From positions 1 to 64,000 of the forward strand of contig RDEW01000020.1 in assembly GCA_011109175.1 (NCBI GenBank): DNA of 64,000 nt, read 5' to 3'. Below the pieces are notes generated by a model. It saw only the letters and a program-made list of their open reading frames with translations. It was not told the DNA's origin and ran no database searches. Position numbers and translations under genes: made by a program. Each line of letters begins with the position of its first letter. Position 1 is the stretch's first letter. The stretch comes from Dicyema japonicum (lineage: Eukaryota > Animalia > Dicyemida). Below are positions 1 through 12,828 of this stretch, in pieces.

Positions 1-29
1 TTAGCCTTGACAATTTGAAAACTCTACTC

Positions 30-330
30 ACTGTCCGATTTCTATTTTCAATGATATTTGCCAATTCTGAAATTTGCCACATAAAATTTTAAACAGTTTT
101 ATTTACATTCTTTTATTCATTCATTAATAATTTCACCATTAACTGCTCTCACAATATATCCTTTCATCTTCTGAAGTATCCTCCACAGTCTTCAGGAGTA
201 ATCAATTCGAAAGATGAGATAAGATGTCTTAGCTGTAAATCATCAATAGCAGTCCCTCTCTTAACAGAATTCTTCAATTTTGAGAACACATTCTCAATTG
301 GATTAAAAATGTTCTATGATCCCCGCCACA
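30..330 (-). mobile_element. IS630/Tc1-mariner transposase C-terminal fragment
   Basis: Minus strand reads FNPIENVFSKLKNSVKRG...ITPEDCGGYFRR, the NPIE catalytic-Glu motif of IS630/Tc1 DDE transposases. Confidence 0.55.
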
Positions 331-555
331 CTTGCCACATTTGGTCTTTCCATCCTTAAGATATGAAGAAACAATTGTACATGCAGTTGTACAAGGGAGA
401 CCCTGTTAATAAAATTATCTATCCATCTAAATTAAAACTTCTCAATTATTCTCAGCATTCATTAATTCAGATTTAAATTTTTTTGTTTTAGAATGATAAG
501 TATGACTTATCAGCCTGGACGTGATACTTTACCCGGACGTGATAATAAACGACAT

Positions 556-640
556 TTATTATTCCGGGATCACCGAGAAAGAAAGACAAAGTAAAGTCAA
601 ATAGTTAGGTGATCCCAGTTCCCGCAACCAAACGTGCCAT
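556..640 (-). mobile_element. Ingi/Vingi-like LINE 3' tail remnant
   Basis: Reverse complement (GGGATCACCTAACTATTTGAC...TTTCTTTCTCGGTGATCCCGG-AATAA) matches the LINE 3' end at 37045-37115. Confidence 0.6.
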
Positions 641-684
641 CCTAAGCCTGTGCTTCAGGTCACATTTTCTTGAACCATTAATTT

Positions 685-975
685 ATGGACGTCAAGGCGG
701 AGAAAACCAAACTCGAAAAATACGGCGGCCTTCCCGATAATGTCAAATTTGTTCCGCTTGCTATGGAGACTTCCAGATCATACTCCCCCTCTACATTAGA
801 GTTTTTCGGACGTCTTGGAAACCGGATTACTTCATGCACTGGAGATCTCCGCGAACGCCGCTGGCTGTTTGAGCGAATTTCGCTCGCAATTCTGAAAGGG
901 AACAGCCACGCAGTGAGGGCGGCAGCTAACTGATGTTTTGTTTTTTTTATTTGATTTAATTTAAAAAATTATAAA
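685..975 (+). mobile_element. CRE-clade non-LTR retrotransposon 3' fragment (RLE C-terminus)
   Basis: FVPLAMETS...TGDLRERRWLFERISLAILKGNSHAV* followed by a T/A-rich tail; this is the C-terminal signature of CRE-type restriction-like endonucleases. Confidence 0.75.
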
Positions 976-1614
976 TAGGACCAGAAATTTATTTATTTTT
1001 TAGTTACCTCCTGTCTTTTCGAGTGAAAGAAATCATCTCCCTAGTAGGAGAATGTTGTGTAATCACTACAGAAGCGCCACAATTCGTCAAACTAAAGAAT
1101 TTTAAGGCAGAAATACACAGTTTGCGAATATTATTAAAATCGTCGAAACCAATCATGGAATACCTTACGCCACCGTAACTTTCTCAAGATGGCAAAGTTC
1201 CCTGACTATCTCCTCGAGTCGGAAATCAAACTATATCTGGACTACTACCCGAGAGGCGAGAAGAAACCTTCCCCGTTGTGGAGATTAATCCAGGAGTCCA
1301 AAACTAACTACGGGAAAAGGACTGGTATGGACACAAGTTAAAAGCGCTCGTAATCGGAGACCAACCATCACGGGGAATCCTCTTGAATCTGGATTTTGCA
1401 GACTCAACGACTTCTACAGCCGGTCCACAATCGGAACCTTGTCAACTAGAATTTGCAGAGAGAAAAGATGATTTCTTATGTCATTATTGACAACTACCTT
1501 TATTAAATTATTATCAGCTAAACATCGTGGCGTTATGTGGTTCACCAATTCTATAGTTGTTGGTAACCCCAAGAGAACACCTAATGTTCCACCAAAGAGA
1601 GCAATTTTTATTTT

Positions 1615-1745
1615 TATTTATTTATTTTACCCAAGACCACGGTAAAACAAAACTAATTATCACGTGATCCCGATGCATTCTAACAGAGACTTCATCTTTG
1701 TCCGTTGTTCTTCCTTCGTGCCCGCTTCAACTAAAGAACTTCTAA
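1615..1745 (-). mobile_element. Ingi/Vingi-like LINE 3' end
   Basis: Near-identical to 62836-62940 (CCCAAGACCACG...AACTAATTATCACGTGATCCCGATG). Confidence 0.7.
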
Positions 1746-1819
1746 AAATTGTAAATTTAAATAAGTTCATTTTTTTGGAAAAAAAATTTCTGCTGAATAA
1801 AGAATATCAAATTTAACGG

Positions 1820-2230
1820 ATTCCCAACTCCAGACTCTTAAAATAATATTATTCTAACTTATGACGACGACATCGTCATTACGTCACGCAATCAGGACAT
1901 CCAGACTGCCACTTCGAGATTGCAAGAAAACCTGGACCGTCTTTACGAATGGCTATCGAAGAATTGTTTAACTGCCAGCAGTAAAAAGTCCGTCACAACC
2001 CTATTTACTTCAGGCAAGAGACTGGATAGACAACGGTCGAACTGAAGGCAAACAATGAAGCTACTCTTTTCAGAATCTCCCAAAGGATCCTTGGGCGACT
2101 TTTGACATGCATATGCCATTCTCCCCATGTTGAAAACGTAATTACGAAATGCGAAAAGAAAACTAATGTTCTGAAATGCCTCACAGGCTTATAGAAGATC
2201 GAAAAGCATTCTGTTTTGAGCACTGTAAAA
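1820..2230 (+). mobile_element. Ingi/Vingi-like LINE reverse transcriptase fragment
   Basis: DDIVITSRNQDIQTATSRLQENLDRLYEWL...SVTTLFTSGKRL; same family as the 62998-63528 ORF. Confidence 0.7.
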
Positions 2231-2234
2231 ATAA

Positions 2235-2470
2235 GTGAGGAAAAAACCGAGGAGCTTTGCATTTCGAGGACAACACTGCCAGTAATCCTAAATGAAGATC
2301 TCAGAAGGATTGGAAGGTGCCTTAAAAATGGGGATGATCTAGATGTGCTACGGAACATGGCAACGGATCAAAAAGATGGGCGATGTTATAATTAGATCGT
2401 TAACTTTTTATGTTGCACATGCATTGTCCTGATCTTGGAATCGCTTACGTGCCTATAATAACAACAGAAT
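2235..2470 (+). mobile_element. RTE-like LINE 3' fragment
   Basis: TTLPVILNEDLRRIGRCLKNGDDLDVLRNMATDQKRW parallels the RTE C-terminus at 38200-38350. Confidence 0.65.
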
Positions 2471-2519
2471 TATACCAAATAAGTATAAGTATATATTTAG
2501 AATATTTGAAGCAAAATAT

Positions 2520-3380
2520 CATCTCTTTCATAAAACAACCTTATGGGTTTCTTTTCGCATGCCGACTCACGGAATATGATTGATGAAAACTCTCACTTTT
2601 ATCTTACAATTCGATATCCCTGACGTGCGCGTTATCGTGTTCATGGAAAAACTCATGCTTTTGAAAATTAAACCTCATTTGCCCTCTTGCAACTACCAAC
2701 ACGGAGGCACATTCGAACCGAGTCTCCCGGTCGATGGAAAAATCTTCATATACCAATTTTACAATTGATCGGATACAAAAGGATACATAACAAATCGACC
2801 TTCATGGAGATATCATTCCCATGAATAGACATCCGTGAATACTGGGAGTGACCTTTGGCCTCTTGCTCTCTCTTTTCCCCACATGTGAAGAAAGTTCTGG
2901 CTAAAGATCCCCAAAAACTAGACATCAAAAAATATTCAAAACTCTAGGACCAAGACGTCTTATATAATCAGATCATTAATATGACGGTGGAATATGCATG
3001 TCCCCTCTGAGCTATGGAAATTTCAATTTTGAACCTCTACGCAATTAATTCTTTAAGAGCAAAAAATGGTCCCCTTAACTAATTTCTGCCCAACTATACC
3101 CCTTCTTACTTGATCACGCGGTAATCAGGAGCGATTGTTCAGTTTCATACTCTCTACGGCTACGAATCCGATCGCTTGTATCAATTAGCGTTAGAAGCAC
3201 CAAAACACTTAAATTGAGGAAAATGTCCACTCCAAATTCTGACGTAAGAGGAGCGTCATGGATTCAGAAAAGCTGTAAGTACATTGGAGGAGCACAGCAG
3301 AAACATCTCGATCCTGTTGAGGTCTAGATAGTTAAAGTCCTTCTTTCTTGTATTAGCTTTTTATGGGTTAGTTAATAATA
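2520..3380 (+). mobile_element. Degenerate Ingi/Vingi-like LINE, RT to 3' end
   Basis: ILGVTFGLLLSFSPHVKKVL...VEYACPL RT thumb motifs with stops and frameshifts. Confidence 0.55.
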
Positions 3381-3401
3381 ATTTAGAACAAAGTATATAA
3401 T

Positions 3402-4140
3402 CTAAATACTATTACAGCTATTATCTGAATCACTTGATGTCAACTTCCTCCTCTTAGATGAGCTAACTGATAACTCATCCTCACTACCCCCATCAGAGTC
3501 AGCAGTCTCTTCTCTTCTCACATCTAATGAAATATCCTTGTAACTATTGCATAATCCTTTACAAAATTGATTGAATCTTCCTTGTATATTGTAGGGCGAA
3601 TACTTTTCATCTCTGTTAAAAGAAATCTAGTCTCTCCATGATAGCATATAAATGATCGTGATAGTGCAGTCAGTAGTCTAGTTTTTTCGACTAGAATCAA
3701 TCATATCAGAGCAATATTTCATATTCGGTAAAAGAGTAATAATTCCTAACAACACTGTGGATACTAGAATATCATGTAAAAATCAACTTGACCAAGCTGG
3801 CTGCCAACTGCAAAAAGAAATAACAATATTTATCCCCTCATTGAAGCGATAAAGTCCATTTTTCTGAATTGGGTCATAAAATTACAGTAAAAAAACTGAC
3901 TTTGGAGGCTCAATCGGGTAATTATGAGAAAAACATAATTTTCCATGATAGATTCCACTTTGGAAGTCAGTGTATTGTGGCCCACGAATAGTAAAGTGCC
4001 ACTCGAACAGATTACCTTCAAAAGGCTGAGCGTAGTACATCTCTGTTGGTTGACTTAACTCTTGTGCTTCAATTAAAAGGCGGCTATGGCTATTAATAAA
4101 TATATATGACACCTAAATTTTTGTTAGGTTTATAGTTCAT
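3402..4140 (-). CDS. UBE2J1/Ubc6-like E2 family protein, apparently catalytically inactive, with tiny introns
   Basis: RLLIEAQELSQPTEMYYAQPFEGNLFEWHFTIRGP...YHGKLCF...WQPAWS matches the UBE2J1 core. Introns of about 22-24 nt; acidic, KRRK-containing tail ends at 3402; some 1-nt frameshifts. Confidence 0.7.
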
Positions 4141-4531
4141 TTATTATGTTAATTTATGTTAATTTATTAACTTAATATTTTATTTGAATCATTTTAATAA
4201 AATATTATTAAAAAAATTATCAAATTTATAAACGAAGTTTTATCGAATCAATTTGGATTGAACATAGAAGAATTATGGTCTGCTGATGTGTCTCTTTATG
4301 TAGTACTTTCTTTATGCACCCGCCATAACATGGTAGCTGATCAAAAATAAAATAAATTCTATTGTCCCTAAAGCAAATTCAAAAGTTGACTGGGATTTCG
4401 TATATTAGAATGGAAGTATTTAAAAAATGCTACACCGTCGAGAACATTTCCTATGGACTCTAATGTTATCGGAAATTACATTGTCGACTGAAAGCTTAAA
4501 TTCTTTGGGATTTTTGTTTCAAGTGACAATT

Positions 4532-4640
4532 TGGCTGCTCGTTATTTGAGCGAATATCGCTCGCTATCCTGAGAGTGAATAGCCATGAAGTCAGGGCAGC
4601 CGCTTTATAACCGTTTACTCTCTTATCTTTCCTTAATAAA
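4532..4640 (+). mobile_element. CRE-clade 3' stub
   Basis: LFERISLAILRVNSHEVRAAAL* plus a 3' UTR shared with 7320-7395 and 29620-29720. Confidence 0.65.
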
Positions 4641-4791
4641 AGTATATTTATTTGGGTAATGTCAGTGATTTGGAGACTTCTATAATTCCACGTGGACAAT
4701 TAAGACAGTTCCTATATTTCTTATGTTGGGAATCTAGTCTGTAGAAAGTAATTACAGAATTTCAAGTTTATAATCGAAGACTTGATACCAA

Positions 4792-5078
4792 GCCGGGTGG
4801 CATAGTGGTTAGGTGTCGGGCTAAAGTGTCTTAGGTTACGGGTTCGATTCTCGCTGCTGTTCACCTGACAAAAAGGTTTGACGAGTGACGCCGTCATCAG
4901 TGGATATTCACTGTGGATCTGGATTGTCTAGAAAGGACCCACACACAATAAAAAAGAAGTGAAGAGCATTCCTTGGTTCTACGATTAGTTAAAATTAACT
5001 GTTCTTTACTTAAATAAAGTGTGTGTCCTGCCTATGCGGAGCTATAAATATTATGGCTCTCGTGAAAAGACTGTTAAA
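4792..5078 (+). mobile_element. tRNA-derived SINE, full length, with RTE-like 3' tail
   Basis: Pol III A box TGGCATAGTGG and B box GGTTCGATTCT. Tail CTATAAATATTATGGCTCTCGTGAAA is shared with the RTE 3' end at about 14128-14153. A 15-bp TSD AAGACTTGATA(C/T)CAA lies at 4777 and 5079. Confidence 0.85.
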
Positions 5079-5343
5079 AAGACTTGATATCAACATGTTT
5101 TGATTAGTTCTACGTGACTGTTTTACATGATCAAGTATAATCAAAATATAGTAAAACCCAACCCCAATAAAAACCCGGTTTGGGGCACTCTCTAAATATG
5201 GGCACTATTTTAATAAAATTCCTTTTATGATAGTTTACTTAATTTACAACCAATAGAATAATAATAAATACATTGAAACATTTTATTAAATAAAAATTTT
5301 ATTTAATATTTTATTCTAAATCATAGCTTAATAATCATCAGGC

Positions 5344-5655
5344 CCATGTGGTGCTGCGTGGTTAATTGGTTAAGTTTTCTGCTTGCTTGTTGTTCCTCCT
5401 CTCTCTTCCTAATAGAGTGGCGTCATGCGATCCACCTGTCTAGGTGACGCCCAGTGCTAGGCCGGCACAAAAAAGGATCATTTGCTCTTCCCCACTCCAC
5501 TGGAGGGGTTTCTACAACTGCATGTAATGGACGTCTTACCTTTTATGCTGATTCCGGATGGACTCTGTTTCTGTAGAAGTGGAATCTGGATACACTTTAT
5601 TAGTTATTTACTTTAACTTCTTTCTCGGTGTATCCGGGGTTAATAAATAATAATA
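5344..5655 (+). mobile_element. Ingi-tailed non-tRNA SINE, copy 1 (5' 29 nt displaced)
   Basis: Homologous to 8710-9037 and 16530-16825; ends in TTTCTCGGTGTATCCGGGGTTAATAAATAA. Confidence 0.8.
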
Positions 5656-6070
5656 AATCAGGAAAGATTATCAACAACCTATTGTGTTGCATCCATTAAA
5701 GAGAGGAGTAGGAATTTTTTCCTGAAAGCTTCGTTTCCTGGAAAAGGCAGATATCTACTCTGTCCCTCTCCAAAGATAAAGAAAGTTCGGAAATCTTTCC
5801 TCTGATCCCGTTTATGTTTACGCTCTGGATTGTTAGTTTTTTTTATCAATTTTTATTAAAATTAAATAACGAAACTTTTTGCCGAAGGTCAAAAAGCAGC
5901 AGCCCTGACTGTGTAGCAACTTCCTCTCAGGATGGCGAGCGAGATTACTTAAATACTCAAATAGCCAGCTGCGCTCCTGTTCGTGTAGAAATAGATTCTC
6001 TACACAACTTATGAATTTAAGCTTTGGAATTTTATCGCATCAAAATTTCCTGAATATGTCGCTTTATTTT

Positions 6071-6099
6071 TTCCACGCTGCAAGGAAGGTTAACCCATC
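6071..6099 (-). repeat. Detached 5' head of the Ingi-tailed SINE
   Basis: TTCCACGCTGCAAGGAAGGTTAACCCATC is identical to 9009-9037. Confidence 0.75.
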
Positions 6100-6119
6100 G
6101 AATTCTCTTTTACGTCAAC

Positions 6120-6310
6120 AAAATTGAAAAAAGATCAATTTTGTTATTAATGAATAATTGCCCTTCTCTTTATTTGGAAAATATTAAAATTATGTTTATT
6201 CCAAAGTACAGGACTTATTCAACCCATGGATCTGGGAATCATCAAATCTTTCAAAGTTCATTTTACAAGGCACAATTTACTATATTTAACGGATATATTT
6301 TGACCTTCAA
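6120..6310 (+). mobile_element. Tigger/pogo transposase fragment
   Basis: LLLMNNCPS...IKIMFIPK...TGLIQPMDLGIIKSFKVHF, a DDE_1 motif. Confidence 0.7.
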
Positions 6311-7080
6311 TAATATCGGGTTGTGGTCAGAAGGAAGGTCATACCACTGACCAGGACGTTTGGAGAGCGAGTTGGGGGAGTAAATTGAGATATCGGGAGA
6401 GGTGTTGGATTCGTCTGGACATAGTGCTGTACGTGCATGTTGAAGAGGGTCATTTATGAAGACGAGGCTTTCAAACTTCGACGAGACATACTCCCCTTGT
6501 TGATCCAGCTTCCCATCAACAGACATTCCTTGAATTAAAGTCCCTGCACACGATTATGTTCTTCAGGGACGAGACTAAAGAGGTCAGGTTGATATCCATT
6601 GGAGCAACTTGGAGGAGGGGGAATATATAGTTTGATATTTGTGTATGCCACTTTTTTGATTACTATCAGCAATGAGATGATCTCCAAATGGGCATCAAGT
6701 GGAAATGTGTAGCGTGTTGATTCGGCTGTGTTAGAAAAGGGGATATTATCACGAATAAGTGTGATAATCCCTCCCCCATTCATTCCAATAGATCGTTCTA
6801 TGCGAATGGATGATTATCACGTGAATCGATGAGTAGGACGTGGTGGTGACAATCGGGTTTCCTGTATTAATGCAATGTCCATGTCGTGAGATAAAAATTC
6901 CATTAGCTCGTCTCTTTTTGGAGAGATCCCGTTGATGTTTAGTTGCAAAATTGTTGAGTATTCCGATGGGCCTCGGTTAGGTTCGACGCCTCCGGAGAGG
7001 GCAAGAGACTCTTAGAAGGCACCTTGAGGACAGCCAAAAGGATCCCGAAGAGGAGAAGAGCCAATGGGGAAGGAATTTTG
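6310..7080 (-). mobile_element. Ingi/Vingi-like LINE 5' part: 2A-like motif plus APE endonuclease
   Basis: LALSGGVEPNRGP then ILQLNINGI, DIALIQETRL, GGGIITLIR, LYIPP, TSPDISI, LPSDHNPI (APE motifs). Confidence 0.8.
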
Positions 7081-7319
7081 GATCTTTTAATTGTTATGTA
7101 GAACATGAAATCGGAGGTGATCCACTGACCTATATAGCCATTTTAATGTAAATTATGATAATTTTGAATGTGGCATTTTATTTATTTAACAACCCAAGAC
7201 CACGGTAAAAATTATCACGTGATCCCGCAACAAGGAATAGTAATCTTACACATGGCATAACAAGGAATAGTAATTTTAGTCTTGTTTAATATATTATTTT
7301 ATTAAAATAATTAATTAAT

Positions 7320-7395
7320 CGCCATCCTGAGAGGGAATAGCCACGAAGTTATGGCGGCCGCTATATGACCATTTGCTCCTTTTTTTCCTTAATAA
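7320..7395 (+). mobile_element. CRE-clade 3' stub
   Basis: AILRGNSHEVMAAAI* plus the shared 3' UTR. Confidence 0.6.
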
Positions 7396-7734
7396 ATTGA
7401 TTTATTCTACAAAGTATATTCGTGTAGATAAAAAATTCAAAAAATTATTAAATAGAAATAAAATTATTAGTAAGCAAATAAATTAAACATTTAATTTTAT
7501 CATATATTGATTTTGTTGCAGGAAAGAAGTGGTCATCAACTAAACAAGAACCAAAAAATTAGATTTTTACAGATTTCACATGCTTTAGCCAGAAAAATGG
7601 CATTTTATGACAAAATTTGCCCTCGGTCTCAAAATTTCTTCCAAACAGAGTGCCACGTGGTTCCCCTTGTCACGTTGCTTTTTAACTTTCATAAAGGTTG
7701 AAAAGAAATCAATATCAACGTCCACAGAAAAGTC

Positions 7735-8300
7735 CTCGAATTCTCTTTTACGTCAAATTAAAGGCTATCAAGTTATTCCACCGAACTAGTTTGAATGGTT
7801 AACTAATCCACACAAGAAACAAGCTTCTGGGAGTAAAATTTGACACCCTCATGACCTTCAACACACATGTGTCAAACGTAATCAGTGCTTCGGCACGAAA
7901 GCTTAACTTTGAGAAACTGCTCTCTCAAAATTTAAAGGATCCTTAAACCGGTCACTATCTACGTTGTACACCTAATTCATCGAGTAAACTATAAGTTATG
8001 GGTGTGCAGATTGGGGAACAAACTTGCAAGAACAAACATGGATAAGATCAACTCCGTTCAATCTAGTATGACCAAACTATCTTTCGAATCAAGAAACTAC
8101 CATTAAGGAAACCCATTTGAGGTCCTTGTGAGGAAATCGGCCGGCATATTCACCCAAAATAGAAAAACGCCAAAAAACTGTTATTGTAAATGTGTCGGTT
8201 CCCGAGAGCAACACTGGTAAAAAATGAGAATATTGTTGAGAGAAGCCGGGATCACCTGATGGCGTTTTCCTTTTAATTAGTGTTTACCTGGTGATTTTTG
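7735..8300 (+). mobile_element. Degenerate Ingi/Vingi-like LINE 3' fragment
   Basis: KLLGVKFDTLMTFNTHVSNVI... and ends with the GGGATCACCTGA tail. Confidence 0.6.
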
Positions 8301-8709
8301 AAGATCACAGATCGAATACAGTACTGAAGTTGAAATTTGTTTTATTAGCTTCAACCGATTTATAATAACGATTTATCTAGTTTTACAGGAATTGTGATTA
8401 ATGCACTTTACCTGTCTTAATTTTTTTTAATTATGATATATTTAATCAATTTTTATTACTAAAATTTATAATTGGATTAATCACAAAATTTATTTCACTG
8501 AATTTCCTTAAAAACATGCTTTTTTATTTAACCATAGAGGAATCGGCCTATAACCGGTCGTGGTTTATCAAAAATATAATTTTACCCCATTTGGTACATG
8601 TGTACAAAATTTATGCTACGTTCACATACACGGACACATAGAAACACAAAAAGTTTTATAATATTATTGTATTGGTAATGAAAACACTTCATCTAGTCAA
8701 TTTAATTTA

Positions 8710-9037
8710 TTAACCTCGGATACACCGAGAAAGAAGTTAAAGTAAAAAACTAATTAAGTGCATCCAGTTTCCACTTCTACAGAGTCCATCCGGAATCAAC
8801 ATAAAATGAAAAGGACGTCCATAGTTGCAGTTATGGAAACCTCTCCAGTGGAGTGGTGAAGAGCAAATGATCCTTTTTCGTGCCAGCCAGGCACTGGGTG
8901 CCACCTAGACAGGTGGATCACATGACGCAACTCTAATATGAAGAGAAAGAGAATAAACAGACAAACAAACAGAAAACTTTAACCAATTAGCAACGCAGCA
9001 CCACATGGTTCCACGCTGCAAGGAAGGTTAACCCATC
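8710..9037 (-). mobile_element. Ingi-tailed non-tRNA SINE, copy 2 (longest copy)
   Basis: Collinear with 5344-5655 and extends 29 nt further 5' (GATGGGTTAACCTTCCTTGCAGCGTGGAA). Confidence 0.8.
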
Positions 9038-9179
9038 TGATAAAGTTTATATTTTGTTAAAAATGTATGACCCTCTTGGAAATTAATCCCAGAGGGAACA
9101 AAAGAGCTCTATAAGACTATGAATAAATTTAAAAAATTAAGAAATGGTATTTACTTTTATGGTTTACTCTTGTAAGTGA

Positions 9180-9435
9180 TGACTTTACAGATCTCATATT
9201 TTCCGTAATAGAAAGCTGGATCAAAGGCGATCTAAATTCTACACCTATTCCCTTGGAAGACCTAATAAGAAGAAAAGGAGGCCAAACTCAACGATACCAG
9301 AGGATCAATCGTCCACTGCGTGCTTTTGTTGGATGGAGGAAAGACCACCAGGCCAAGCTGAGAGCCCTATTGAAATTCACCGGGATCACATAATTTCTTG
9401 TTTTTGTCTTTAACTGTGGTCTTTGGAAATAAATT
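9180..9435 (+). mobile_element. Ingi/Vingi-like LINE 3' fragment
   Basis: Ends ...LLKFTGIT* followed by GGGATCAC...CTGTGGTCTTTGGAAATAAA, like the other family 3' ends. Confidence 0.55.
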
Positions 9436-9539
9436 TCAATTTCAATTTCACATGCTTTAGCCACAACCACATAAAATGAACAAAGAAAAAATTAAAAATT
9501 AGTTTAGTGTATTGTTAGTAAATTGTGTTTATTTCGGGA

Positions 9540-9990
9540 AATATTTTTGAAAGTAGAATATGGACTTTTCAACTAAAAGGCCTGTCACAAACCGTTACAC
9601 GATCGCAAAAAATCATTTTACATAATTTTGTGATGGGAATGCCAACGTCTCGAATTGATGAATGTAACAAACCTGATTCGACCCAAGATGTAAAAAACAG
9701 GACTTTTTACAAGCTACGTAAATGCAGATCGATAAGCTAGGAAGTGATCTCGTAGGCAACTTTTTTGGACATGGTCTTCGTATTGATGTGGTGACACAGT
9801 AAAACTCATTATGAAGGATTTTTTAATCAAAATGTAACTGGGGGTTTAGTGGATCAGACAACTGTTTCTTCTGAATCAAGATTGTTGCCAAATTTGTCGG
9901 AAAATGAAAACAACCGACTACCTTGATGAACTACGGAAGCTTGGGAGGAGTAAATTTGCATGTAGAAATTTTGTAGAAAGGATAGGAAAG
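9540..9990 (+). mobile_element. Degenerate RTE-like LINE 3' fragment
   Basis: FFGHGLR and TTDYLDELRKLGRSK parallel the RTE motifs FGHVLR and GDDLDYLRDLAQDR. Confidence 0.5.
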
Positions 9991-11231
9991 AGCACCACAC
10001 AAGTGGACCCCCAAGTATTCATTTTCTATGCTTTTAACTTAACTAATTTATATATGGTTGGTTCTTGTGGATTGACTAAATTCGTCATAAGTGCCCAAAT
10101 ACTAAAGGTAACCACAATTAAAAAGCCTTCGAGTTGGTCCAAATCATTCTGATGATGTTTTAAAGCACATCAACACACGTGTCATCTTCAATTATTGGCC
10201 ATCTCAAACGTTGGGTTACAAACACAATACTTGTGCTGCCAATGATGGAGAAAACATTATTGACCTGATTAATCGGGCACTCTAATGATCCAAAGTATTT
10301 TCTATAAGTACCTTATCTCCTTTTGTTTTCATAAGCACTAGTACATCGGGAAAAGATTTGTCTTTCCGTAGTGCTGGATCCTTACCATCTCATCATCAGA
10401 AGAGAAAATTCAATCTGTAACAGTTCTTCTAGGAGAGTTTCAGTATCCATGTTTTTGTATTTTCTGGCCTTTTGAGACGTGCCCTCCTCGCATGAGATCT
10501 TGCAAAAAACGAGTGGACATATTTTATGGTCACTGTTGTCTCCGATCCTCCATACGATCTATACCTGTAGAAGCCACTTTTAGTCTGAGCGGCATGTAGT
10601 GTAGTCAATTTGATTAAAGACTTTGGTTATAAAGACGGACGGCCATACGGACCTGATAAGGTGATCATGATGAGGCGGGTAACTCCTCTTATGGGAGTCG
10701 AGAAAAGACTCGCCTGCATACTTACATAACCAATCTATGAGTGGAAGATAAGTTTGAATGTCAACACATAGCCCAACCACAAGAAATACACGTGGATAGG
10801 AAAACCTCTAGGAGCAACTTGACTTAATGGTCACCAGCTTCCTAGATTTTAAAAGCAGAGAAGGACGGTAATAGTAACCAAACTAATTAGGCAATCATGG
10901 TTCCCCTCATCGTCCTTTCCATTTTCGTCCTGTGACCATCGAGGAACTCAAATATCTGCCAGAAATATCTCCGTTTGTATCCACATAGAAAGTCTAAGGA
11001 AAACCCGTTCATTTTCAGACTTAATACGGATTAACATGGTAGATTTCCCGGGTCTTGACAATACTGAGGAAATCCGCGGCCATTCCTCGGTTTTGACAAG
11101 AAATATCAAATTGGAAGACCATTACTACCAATCTAAAAACACCAAGACAAAACTTAACCACAACACATTAATTAAAAGATAATAATTAGAAAAAATATTA
11201 TCTAATATTAATGTTCAATAAAAATAATAAA

Positions 11232-12828
<1,597 letters not shown>

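Noticed and set aside
8520-8675. DINE/Helentron-like short element end
   Set aside because: Single copy in the window and only a loose resemblance.
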